64,000 bases of DNA from Stegostoma tigrinum (lineage: Eukaryota), in NCBI RefSeq assembly GCF_030684315.1, contig NC_081387.1, positions 6,676,497-6,740,496 on the forward strand. Reading direction: 5' to 3'. Positions 51,581 to 62,515 of this stretch are shown piece by piece. The position numbers and the translations under genes are program-made. Every line of letters begins with the position of its first letter. Position 1 is the first letter of the stretch. The notes beneath the pieces are model-generated. The model ran no database searches and was not told where the DNA came from. It saw nothing but the letters and a program-made list of their open reading frames with translations.

Positions 51581-51954
51581 TTTAAGATTATTTATTTTAA
51601 CTTGCATTTCCAACACCATTTTAGAAGCAGATATATGTGTTTTTACTCTTGTGAAGGGAACTCTAACAATCGATGGACACGCCACACTTTGTTAGTGAAA
51701 GGTGTAGTAGACACAGTTTACGGGTGGTCCAATCACTTCTGAAGGAAGAGGAAAAGTGACACTCCTCCAGCGTCAAAAATCAAGGCTGACATTTCCAGAG
51801 GAGTACTGCAGTGACCCAGCACTGTCAGAGGTGCTACCTTTCAGATCAGATGTTAAATTAAGGCCCTGTGTCTATGCTCAGGTGGATAGAAGGGATCTTG
51901 CACTGTAATTTGAAGAAAGGCAATGAAGCTATATTTGGTGCTCTGGCTGATATT

Positions 51955-52270
51955 GTCTCTCAAGCAGTATAAGAAAAAAAAGTGATAATTATCTGGTCAT
52001 CTCTCAAGCAGTGTCACAAAAAAAGGTGACGATTATCTGGTCATCTCTCAAGTAGCATCACAAAACGAAGCCATGATTATCTGATCATCTTTCGTGCACA
52101 TTTCAGAAAATAAATGATGATTATTCGATCATTTCTCAAGCAGTATCACAAAAAAGTGATTATTATCTGGTCATCTCTCAAGTAGTACCACAAAAAGAAT
52201 TGATTATCTGGTCATCTCTTCAGCAGTATCACACTCCCACACACAACATTGATTGCCTGGTCATTTTTAC
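51955..52270 (+). repeat. ~43-bp tandem repeat, ~7 copies
   Basis: tctctcaagcagtatcacaaaaaa..gtgatgattatctggtca unit repeated. Confidence 0.9.
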
Positions 52271-52355
52271 ATTGCCCTATGCGGAAATTTAACATGCTTT
52301 TCCTGCAATAATTATATTGGCTTCAAAAAGTACATCATGGCTGGAAGGAACTTGG

Positions 52356-52683
52356 GTCAGAGGTTACAAGGTGTAGAGCTAGATGAACACAGCAGGCCAA
52401 GCAGCATCAGAGGAGCGGGAGGGCTGACATTTTGGGCTTCGACCCTTCTTCAGAAATGGAATGGGTATGGGGTTGTTGACTTGATCGCCCAGCTGGCTTG
52501 TTTTCGTTCAGACGTTTCGTTACTGTGCCAGCTGACATCATCAGTGGAGCTTCATCGGAGGCCACCCAGATGATGTTACCTGGTATGGTGTTGAAACGTC
52601 TGACCAAAAACAAGCCCAGTTTGGCGAGCAAGTCAACAACCTCACGACAATCCGAGGTACAAATGTTGGCAAAAACCTGAAAC
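52356..52683. mobile_element. Composite Penelope-end insertion: minus-strand family-1 fragment plus a palindromic third-family element with hammerhead cores
   Basis: Arms 52471-52547 and 52566-52641. (C)TGATGA...GAAACGTC on both strands. gaacttgg at 52348-52355 and 52684-52691. Confidence 0.7.
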
Positions 52684-52871
52684 GAACTTGGACATATTCA
52701 GTAATCGTGAAAGTCTGTATATAAATGCAGATGTTTTAGTATTTAGCTGTCGGTAGCTCAGGAGCAAATTATCATCTGCTCCCATCAGATGACGATTTTC
52801 AGTTGCGCGTGTTTCAATTGTGAAAGGGAATCCAGGTTTTGGCTCATTGCAATTCGAACTGTCGTTGATGA

Positions 52872-52895
52872 GGAAACGAAAGTGAAATGAAAGTG
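52872..52895 (+). promoter_or_regulatory. Tandem ISRE/IRF-binding array upstream of the TRIM gene
   Basis: GGAAACGAAAGTGAAATGAAAGTG contains four GAAA cores including GAAAGTGAAA, ending 28 bp before the ATG. Confidence 0.8.
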
Positions 52896-52922
52896 CATCA
52901 ACAAGACAAGGGGACAGGCAAT

Positions 52923-53339
52923 ATGGCCACTGGCAAACATGTTTTAGTCTCGACTGAGGATTTAACCTGCTCCATCTGCCTGTCTCTGTTTGTGGAGCCG
53001 GTGCAATTGGGCTGCGGGCACATCTTTTGTAAATCCTGCATCCAGAAATGCTGGGAAAAACAGGGGGAAGTGGTGTCGTGCCCGGAATGTCGCGCAGTTT
53101 CCCAGCAGAATAGTTATGAGAAGGCCAGGGTGTTGGCTAATCTCTGTGAGAACGCTCGGAAGCTGGAGTTGAACCCGGGTGGGGAGGATAAGAGGGCCTC
53201 GCACTGTACGGAACACGACGAGAAGCTGAAACTGTTCTGCGAGGACGACCAGGCTCTGATCTGTGTCATTTGTCGCGAATCCCCCGCTCATTCAGGCCAC
53301 AGCTTCCTGCCTGTGGCAGATGCCGTGAAAAAGATGAAG
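52923..53339 (+). CDS. TRIM family E3 ligase (TRIM39/TRIM27/TRIM35-like), first coding exon: RING + B-box2
   Basis: aatATGG start. C3HC4 RING (CSIC..CGHIFCKSC..CPEC), B-box2 (CTEH..FCEDD..ICVICRES..HSGH). Phase-0 donor AAG|gtaaac. Downstream exons were not found in the window. Confidence 0.95.
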
Positions 53340-53825
53340 GTAAACGAGCACTAGAAATGGTTTATGGCATCAGAGTTAGCTTTTTACGCTGCTGTGGATG
53401 TTTACGTAATGCAGTAGTTACTAGTTATATTTTCTCTTTACCCGGAATTCTGTTTTCTCAGCAGCTGCAAGGTTTTAATGGTGCCAGATCCCTTTAAACC
53501 CCTTCCTATCCGGGTACGTGTCCAAATGTCTATCAATGTTGTCAGTGTACTCACCCCCACCACTTGCAGTGGTAGGATGAGTGCAGCTGAAGTGGAGTGG
53601 TGTACAACCAGGAAGAAGTTGTGCTGGCAGTCCTCAGAATTCAGCACCAGACCCTGAACAGGTGTAATATAGACAAAAGAAACTTGCTAATCCAGACCGT
53701 CCTGTCTCACTTGAGGAATCAGTTTTCCATGTTGGGCACCGCCTGCAGGAAGCACTAAGGTTGGCAAGGGTGCAGAACATATTCGGGTATTAGCACGGTG
53801 GGCAAAATTTTGTACTGGGTCGACC

Positions 53826-54545
53826 AGTCACAGAGCTATACAGCATGAAACAGACCCTTCAGTCCAACTCGTCCGTGCTGATCAAATATCTTAGATTAAT
53901 CTAGTACAATTTGCAAGCGTTTTCAGAAATTCCTCTAAACCTTCTATTCATATGTGCATCCAGATGCCTTTTAAATGTTATAATTGTTCCAGCCTCCATC
54001 ACTTTAACTGGCATCCCATTCCACACATGCACCACCCTCTGTGTGAAAAAGTTACCCTTCAGATTCTTTTGAAATCTTTCCCCTCTCACCTCAAGCCTAT
54101 GCCTTCTAGATTTGGAGTCCTGTAGCCTGGGAAAAGACTTTGGCTATTCAGCCTATCCATGCCCCTCATGATTTTCCAAACTTCTATAAGATAACACCTC
54201 AGCCTCTGACACTTGAGTGAAGGTAGCCCTCGCCTTTTCAGCCGGTCCCTGTAGTTTAAACTCTCCAACCCTGGCAACATCCTCATAAAACTTTTCTGAA
54301 CTGTTTCAAGTTTCACAATATTCTTCCAATAGTAGGGAGACCAGAATTGAACGCAGTATTCCAAGAGTGGCCTACTGATGCCCAGTGCAGCTGTAACATG
54401 ACTTTCCAACTCCTGTACTCAATGCACTGACCAGTAAAGGCAAACATAACAAACACCTTCTTCATTATACTGTCTACGTGCGTCTCCACTCCCCAAGACC
54501 TTACCATTAAGTGTATACCTTGATTTGCCTTTCCAAAATGCAGAC
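53826..54545 (-). mobile_element. CR1 LINE 3' fragment
   Basis: RPLLEYCVQFWSPY...LETVQK and RGERFQKNLKGNFFTQRVV. Confidence 0.88.
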
Positions 54546-55113
54546 TACTGGCCAGCTCATTTCAATTCTGTGTCTGAATGTTTAGAGTGGTATTTGATGT
54601 CCCGATCAGTTCAAATCAAATGATGAAAAGTCCCTGCTCCTCTGTAGTTTTGAGGTATGCAATGCAGGCACACCGTTACAAGTTGCAATCAATTTAATTG
54701 ATTTGAAACATCCAAACTACAATTTTTCAAAGCATTTTCAAACACCCCTTTAATTTGAGATTATTTTCCGTTCTATACTCCTTTATTGTCTCTTTTGGCA
54801 GTGGAGCAAATTTAGTTTACCTCTTTTGCAATGTTGATGAACTGTGTCTGTGTTCTGCCGAACCTCCTCAGTTGCTGTGAAAATTGCTTGAAACTGTTGG
54901 GTTTCTGCTCTTTTCCATGCATTGCTCATCCTACCTCAGGCACTGCACAACGCCTTCACCCCTTTCCAATGTGCTTCTATTCTTGTATTTGGGTCCTTAA
55001 ATTGGGACAAAATATAACAATTGCTGCACAAATTCAATGCCCTCCTATTGTTTTGTACTCTACCTCTGTCAATACTAAACCAAAGATAGATGTTGAGTTT
55101 TCTAATTTATTTG

Positions 55114-55350
55114 AGGCAGCATGATGGCTCACTGTTAGCAGTGCTGCCTCGCAGTGCCAGGGACCCGGGTTCGATTTCACCCTCAGGTGACTGTCTGTGT
55201 GGAGTATACACATTTTCCCCTCAGGTGATTTCGCCCTCAAGTGACCGTCTGTGTGGAGTGTACACATTTTCCCCTGTCTGCATGGGTTTCCTGTCACACT
55301 CTGAGGGTGTGCAGGTTAGGTGAATAGGCCATGCTAAATTGCCCATAGTG
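55114..55350 (+). mobile_element. HE1-type SINE with an internal ~54-bp duplication, truncated by CR1
   Basis: Head gcagtgccagggacccgggttcgatt; ccctca(g/a)gtgac..tctgtgtggagt.tacaca occurs twice. Confidence 0.8.
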
Positions 55351-57495
55351 TCCTTCTTGCTTTCAGCTGCAGGAGTGGTAAGGGTGTGATCCTGGGGGCA
55401 GCCAGGAAGGTAAGCTTTTCATTTTACTTACCTGGTGAACCAGGGGCCTTCTTGTTTTCAGCATGGGGAGTGGTGAGAGCGCGAGCCAGGAAGTGAACTA
55501 ACATATTTGGGCATTGGCTAAACCCAAAACACTACATGTGTAGTGTCTCCCACTCATCATCCTCATCTAGCCAAAAAAAAAAGACTGTGTGGGGGCGTGG
55601 GGAAAGTAAAGATTCCTTTTCTTTATTCTTTTAGAAATCTAGAATAGAGGGAATGGAAGCTCACACAGTTGTATGCTCTTCTTGTAGGATGTGGACGGGA
55701 AGAGCCAGTACTGGTGTCCCTTCTGGCTTCACCTGCGGGAAGTGCACCCAACTCCAGCTCCTCACAGACCACGTTAGGGAACTGGAGCTGGAGCTGGATG
55801 AACTCTGGATCATTCGGGACTCTGACGGGGTGATAAAGAGGAGTTATAGGGAGGTGGTCACACTGAAGGTTCAGGACAAAGGTAGCTGGGTGACTGTCAG
55901 GAGTGGGAAAGGGAACAGGCAGACAGTGCAGGGAATGTGGCCGTTCCCCTTAATGATAAGTATACCACTTTGGATACTATTGTGGGAGGTGGTGGGGGGG
56001 GTGGTGCTGAGAAACGACATACCGGGGAAAGCCATAGTGGCCAGGTGTCTGGCACTGAGCCTGACTCTGTGGCTCAGAAGGAAAGGGGGGAGAATAGGAG
56101 AGCGATAATGATAGGAGATTCACTGGTTAGGGGAACTGACAAGAGATTCTGTGGTACCGAGCAAGACTTTCGGATGGTATGTTGCCTCCCAGGTGCTGGG
56201 ATCAGGGGTGTCTCGGATTGCGTCTTCAGGATTCTTAAGGGGGAGGGAAAGCAGCCAGAAGTCGTGGTGCACATCGGTACCAAGACATAGCTAGGAGGAA
56301 CTGAAAAGTGATTACAGGGAGTGAGGATGGAAGCTGAAAGCTAGGACGAGTAGAGTAGTAATCTCAGGATTACTACTGGTCCCAAGGGTTAGTGAGGCTA
56401 GAAGCAGAAAGAGAGCACAGCTGAACACATGGCTACAGAGCTGGTGTGAGAGGGAGGGGTTCAGGCTTGTGGATCATTGGAATACTTCTGGGGAAGGTGG
56501 GACCTGGAGAGGAAGGACATGTTGCAACTGAACTGGAGGGGCAACTGAGCGGGAGGTTTACTAGAGCTCCTTGGGAGGGTTTAAAACTAGTTTGGCAGGG
56601 GGATAGGAACCAGAGCTAAAGATCAGAGGATGGTATACAGTATTCAGACAGATAGAGCAAGCAGAGAATCGACGAGGTGGGATAAACAGTTGACAAAGGG
56701 GCAGTCAGTGCGACAGGTCAAGGTGTGCCTACTTCAATGCATGAAGTGTCAGGAATAAAGGTGACAAAAGCATGGATCAGCACTTGAGACTATGATGTTG
56801 TGGCCATTACGGAGACTTGGATAACACAGGGGCAGGAATGGTTGTTGGATGTTCCAGGGTACAGACGTTTCAAAAGAAATAGGGAGGGAGGTAAAAGAGG
56901 TGGGGAAGTGGCATTGCTAATCAGGGATGGTATCACAGCTGCAAAATGGGAGGTTGTGGAGGAGAGTTTGTCCACTGAGTCAGTGTGGGTAGAAGTCAGA
57001 AACAGGAAAGGAGCAATCACTTTGCAGGGAGTTTTCTATAGACCCCCCAGTAGCAACAGAGACACTGAGGAACAGATTGGGAGATAGATTTTAGAAAGGT
57101 GCAGAAGTAAGTGCAAATAGTTTGGATGGAGCAGATTTTGTCAGGTGTGTCCAGGAAGGATTTCTCTCTCAATATTTCGATAGGCTGACTAGAGGGGAGG
57201 CTATATTGGATTTAATGCTTGGCAACGAACCAGGTCAGGTGTCAGATCTGTTGGTGGGAGAGCATTTTGGTGATAGTGATCACAACTCCCTGACTTTACT
57301 ATAGTCATGGAGAGGGAATAGGAGCAGATGGTATGGGAAAGTATTGTAGTGGGGGAGAGGGAATTACAATGCTGTTAGGCAAGACCTACGGAGCAGCAAC
57401 TGGGATCAGATGTTCACAGGGAAATGCGTGATAGAAATGTGGAGGTTGTTTAGGGAGCAGTTGCTGCGGATACTGGATGGGTTTGTCCAGCAGGG
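55351..57495 (+). mobile_element. CR1 LINE 5' half: ORF1 (zinc finger, leucine zipper, SGNH esterase) and ORF2 AP endonuclease, degenerate
   Basis: CSSC..CGKC..VRELELELDEL; IGDSLVRG..CLPGA..VVVHIGT; DVVAITETW, GVFYRPP, LDLML, GDSDH. Confidence 0.9.
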
Positions 57496-57499
57496 GACA

Positions 57500-59700
57500 G
57501 TAGCACCCAGCCCTGTTGAGTCTTCACCATCCCCAGACCTCCCCCTCACTGAAGACGAACGGTTAGTCCTCAGTAAAGGGCTCACCTTTGTCCCCCTTCA
57601 CCCACACATCACTGAATCCGGTCACATTTGGACATGAGCAGTTATTCCGCTGCCTGTGCCTCCGCACTTACTTCTTTAACCGTGAGCCTCACCCTCACTT
57701 GACTGACCCCTTCTCCTGCCTCCAACACACCCCCTCCTCCTGGACACCACCCCAAGGCCTTCTACCCTCCCTCGACCTCTTCTTCTCCAACTGCTGTCAT
57801 GACATCCATCGCCTCAACCTCTCCACCCCTCTCATCCGCTCTAACCTCTCCCCCGCAGAACGGGCAGCCCTCTGCTCCCTCCGCTCCAATCCCAACCTCA
57901 CCATCAAACCCGTGGACAAGGGAGGTGCAGTTGTAGTGTGGCACACTGACCTCATTATCGCCAAGAACAGATGCCAACTCTCCGACACCTCCTCCTAACG
58001 GCCTCTTGATCATGACCCCACCCCTGACCACCAAACCATCATCTCCCAAACCATCCACAACCTCATCACCTCAGGTGACCTCCTACCCACAGCCTCCAAC
58101 CTCATCTTTCCCCAACCCTGCACCGCCCGCTTCTATCTCCTTCCCAAAATCCACAAACCTTGGTCGACCCATTGTCTCTGCCTGCTGCTGCCCCACCAAA
58201 CTCATCTCCACTTATCTGGAATCCATTCTTTCCCCCTTGGTCCAGGAACTCCCTACCCACATCTGTGACACCACCCATGCCCTCCACCTCCTCCAGAACT
58301 TCCAATTCCCCGGTCCCCCAGCACTTCATTTTCACCATGGTCGTCCAGTCTGTATACACCTGCATTCCCCACGCAGGTGACCTAAAGACACTCTGCTTCT
58401 TCCTGTCCTGCAGGCCTGACCAGTCCCCCCCTACCGACACCCTCATCCGCCTAGCCGAACTTGTCCTCACCCTCAACAACTTCTCTTTCAATTCCTTCCA
58501 CTTCCTATAGACAAAGCGGGTGGCCATGGGTACCTGCATGGGCCCAAGCTATGCCTGCCTCTTTGTAGGTTACCTGGAACAATCCCTCTTCCGTACCTAC
58601 ACTGGCCCTAAACCCCACCTCTTCCTCCGTTCCATTGATGACTGTATGGGTGCCATCTCTTGCTCCCACGAGGAGCTAAAAAAGTTCACCCACTTCATCA
58701 ACACCTTCCAATCCCAACCTTAAGTTCACCTGGACTATCTCTAATACCTCTCTCTCTCCTTCCTGGACCTCTCTGTCTCCATCCTTGGCAACCACCTTGA
58801 AACGGATATCCATTTCAAGCCCACCGACTCCAACAGCTACCTAGAATACACCTCCTCCCACCCACCTTGCTACAAAAATGGAATCCCCTATTTCCAATTC
58901 CTTTGCATCTGCCGCATCTGCTCCCAGGATGAGGCATTCCACTCCCATACATCTCAGATGCCCTCATTTTTCAAGGATAGCAACTTCCCCACCTCAGTGG
59001 TCGAGAACGCCCTTGACCATGTCTCTGCATTTCACGCAAGTCATCCCTCACATCCCCTCCCTGCAATAACAACCAAAACAGAACCCCCCTCATCCTCATG
59101 TAACAACTCACCAACCTCCGTATCCAACGCATCATCCTCCGACACTTCTGCCATCTACAATCCGACCCCAACCCCAAAGACATTTTTCCCTCCCCATCCT
59201 TATCTGCCTTCCAGAGTGATCACTGTCTCCGTGACTCCCTTGTCTGTTCCACACTCTCCTCCAGCCCCACCACACCTGGCACTTTTCCCTGCAATCAAAA
59301 TCTCCCCTCCCCCTCTGCATCCCAAAACCAGCCCAGCTCATCCCCGCCTCCCTAACCTGTCCTTCCTCCCACCTATCCTCATCTCCCACCTCATGCCCCA
59401 CCCACATCTCCGACGTACTAACCTCATTCCGCCCCCTTGACCTGTCTGTCTTCCCTGGACTGACCTATCTCCTCCCTACCTCTCCGCCTACTGGCTCCAT
59501 CCCCACCTCTTTGACCTGTTTGTTTCCTCTCCACCTAACTTCTCCTCTATCCATCTTCTATCCACCTCCCCCTCTTTCCCTATTTATTTCAGAACCTCCT
59601 TCCTCTCCCCCATTTCTGAAGAAGGGTCTAGGCCCAAAACGTCAGCCTCCTTGCTCCTCCGATGCTGCTTGACCTGCTGTGTTCATCCACCTTGTTGTCT
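57500..59700 (+). mobile_element. Degenerate Penelope-like element
   Basis: LVLSKGLTF, TIKPVDKGGAVVV, GVAMGTCMGPSYACLFVG. Homologous to 16081-17712 but frameshifted and lacking the GIY-YIG block. Confidence 0.9.
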
Positions 59701-60105
59701 TAGCTAGATAAACTGAGATTTTTCTTCACTGCAGTGGAGGAGGTTGAGGGGTGATCTTGCTGAGGTTTATAAAATCAAGAAGGGCAGAGATTGGGTGAAT
59801 AGTAAAGATCTTTTCCCTGGGATTTGGGAGTTCAAAACCTGGGAGCATAATTTAGAGGTGAAAGGAGAAAGATTTAAAAAGCACGCATGGGACAACTTTT
59901 TAATATCTCATGTATGGAATGAACTGCTGGAGGAAGTGGCAGATGCGGGTAGTTACAAAATTAAAAGCCATTCAGACAGGTAAATGAATAGGAAAGGTTT
60001 GGATGAATATGGGCCTAATGCAGGCAAATGGGACTGGTTTAGTTTGGGTAATTGGTTGGCATGGATGAGTTGGGCTAAAAGGACAGTTTCTCTACTATGA
60101 CTCTA
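59700..60105 (+). mobile_element. CR1 LINE 3' end
   Basis: RRLRGDLAEVYKI...VWNELLEEV and a ctatgactcta tail. Confidence 0.85.
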
Positions 60106-60544
60106 ACTGTCTAATCGCCTAATAAATGGTGACCCTCATGTTAAACTACCAACAGTCATCCCTCTCTGGTAAGAGAGCAAATCTATGGTCCAGTAGAACT
60201 ACAATGACTTTCCCCTTTACAAGGACTCAACCGATTCCAGTCCACAGGCTTGGCCACACTGATAGTCTGCTGAGATTTCCCCAGGGTTTAGGCATAGTCC
60301 TGTATGCACATTGAATGCAATACAGCTTTTCTTGCCCCAGTGATCTAGTGACAACCTCGTGATACACACGAATGACAGTTTGTGAATGGCCTGCAGGGTT
60401 TTTGCCGACTGTATTCCAGATTAGCATGCAACCACAATCTCTTCGATTGTGCACGCAAGGAACTTACTCTGTCCCTTGAATGTTGCCTCAGCAAAATAAT
60501 ACATCGGCCTACACTTACTGAGGTCAAATATTTCACCTAGGACA

Positions 60545-62515
60545 TTGAACACAGAACAGTACAGCACAGTGCAGGCCCTTCGGCTCACGATGTTGTGCTG
60601 ACCTTTCACCCTACTAAGAACAATCTGCCTTGCATATCCTACATTTTAGTCTCCCGTATGTGCCTCTCCAAGAGTCGCTTAAAACTCTCTAAAGTATCTG
60701 ACTCCACTACCACTGCTGACATGCATTCCACACACCCACCACTCTCTGTGTGAAGAACTTTCCACTGACATCTCCCCTCGGCCTTCCCCCAATCACCTTA
60801 AAGTTATGCACCCTTGTCATTGCTGCCCTGGGAAAACATTTCTGACTATCCACTCTATCTATGCCTCTCATCATTTTGTAAGCCTCTATCCAGTCACCTC
60901 TTATCTTTCTTCGCTTCAATGGAAACAGCCCGAGCTCCCTCAACCTTTCCTCATAGGACCTGCCCTCCAGTCCAGGCAGCATCCTGGTAAACCTCCTGTG
61001 CACCCTCTCTAAAGCTTCCACATCTTTCCTGTGAAGAGGTGACCAGAACTGAACACAATATTCCAAGTGTATTCTCAGGGTTTTATCGAGCTGCAGCATA
61101 ACTGCCAATTTTTAAACTCAGTTCCCCTGCCAATGGAAGCTAACAAACCACACGCCTTCATTACAATCCTATCAACTTGGGCCACAACTTTGAGGGATCT
61201 ATGGACGTGGACCCTAAGATCCCTCTGTTCCTCCACACTGCCGAGAATCCCGCCATTAACCTGTATTCTGCATTCAAATTTGATCTTCCAAAATGAATCA
61301 CTCCACACCTGTCTGGGTTGGATTCCACCCGTTACTTCTTTGCCCAGTTCTGCAACCTGTCAATGTCCCATTGCGACCTATAACAGCCCTACACACTGTC
61401 CACAACTCCACCAACCCTTTTGTCATCGGCAAACTTACGAACCCACCTTCCACTTCCTCATCCAAGCCATTTATAAAGATCACAAAGAATAGAGGTCCCA
61501 GTGGCACACCACTGGTCACAGATTTCCAGGCTGAATACTTTCCATCTACCACCTCTGTCTTCTATTAGACAGCCAGTTTTGTGTCCGGACAGCCAAATTT
61601 CCCAGATTCCCATGCCTCCTTACTTTTTGAATGAGCCTACCATGTGGAACCTTAATGAATGCTTTGCTAAAATCCATATAGACCACATCCACTGCTCTAC
61701 CTTCATCAATGTGTTTCATTCACAAAGAATTCAATAAGGCTTGTGAGGCATGACCTGCCCCTCACAAAGCCATGTTGACTATTTCTAATCAAACTATGAT
61801 TTTCCAAATAATCATAAATACTATCTCTCAGAATCCTCTCCAATAATTTGCCCACCATAGAAGTAAGACTGGTCTGTAATTTCCAGGATTATCCCCATTC
61901 CCTTTCTTGAACAAGGCAATAATATTTGCCACCATCCAATCTTCTGGCACTATTTGAGTGGACTGTGAGGAAGCAAAGATCATTGCCAAAGGGGCAGCAA
62001 TCTCTTCCCTCACTTCCCATAGCAACCTTAGGTATATCCCACCTGGTCCAGGGGACTTACCTATCCTCATGTAATTCAAGATTTCCAGCACGTCCTCCTT
62101 CCTAACAACAACCTATTTGAGCATTTCTGCTTGTTATTTGCTGTCCTCACAAATGCCAAGGTCCCACTCACTGGTGAATACTGAAGCAAAGTGTTCATTG
62201 AGGACCTCCCCTACCTCCTCTGACTCCACACACAGGTTCCCTCCACTATCCCTGATTGGCTCTTCCCTCACTTTGGCCACTCTCTTGTTCCTCACATAAC
62301 TATAGAAAGTCTTGGGGTTTCCTTTGATCCTACCTGCCAAGGTTTTCTCATACCGTCTTCTAGCTCTCCTAAGTCCATTCTTCAGTTCCTTCCTGGTTGC
62401 CTTGTAGACCTCTAGAGCCCTGTCCGATCCTTGCTTCCAGAACTTTAAGTAAGCTTCCTTCTTCCTCTTGTCTAGGTGTTCATCATGCCGTGTCACCCAA
62501 GGTTCATTCACCTTG
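60545..62515 (-). mobile_element. CR1 LINE, ORF2 RT to 3' end, degenerate
   Basis: PWVT, KSPGPGGIY, LFKKG..DNPGNYRP, SGVPLGPLFFVIFIN, LEYCVQFWSP. Confidence 0.9.

Larger units (their letters stand above)
51750..52740 (+). mobile_element. Deu-domain (SacSINE1-like) SINE, internally expanded and interrupted
   Basis: gcactgtcagaggtgctacctttcagatcagatgttaaattaaggccctg... Deu-like core. The L2-type tail gtatataaatgcag ends at ~52735. Confidence 0.65.

Noticed and set aside
52887-52922. ORF-track start (MKVHQQ...) for the TRIM
   Set aside because: This ATG lies inside the ISRE array. The ATG at 52923 has a better Kozak context and the usual distance to the RING.
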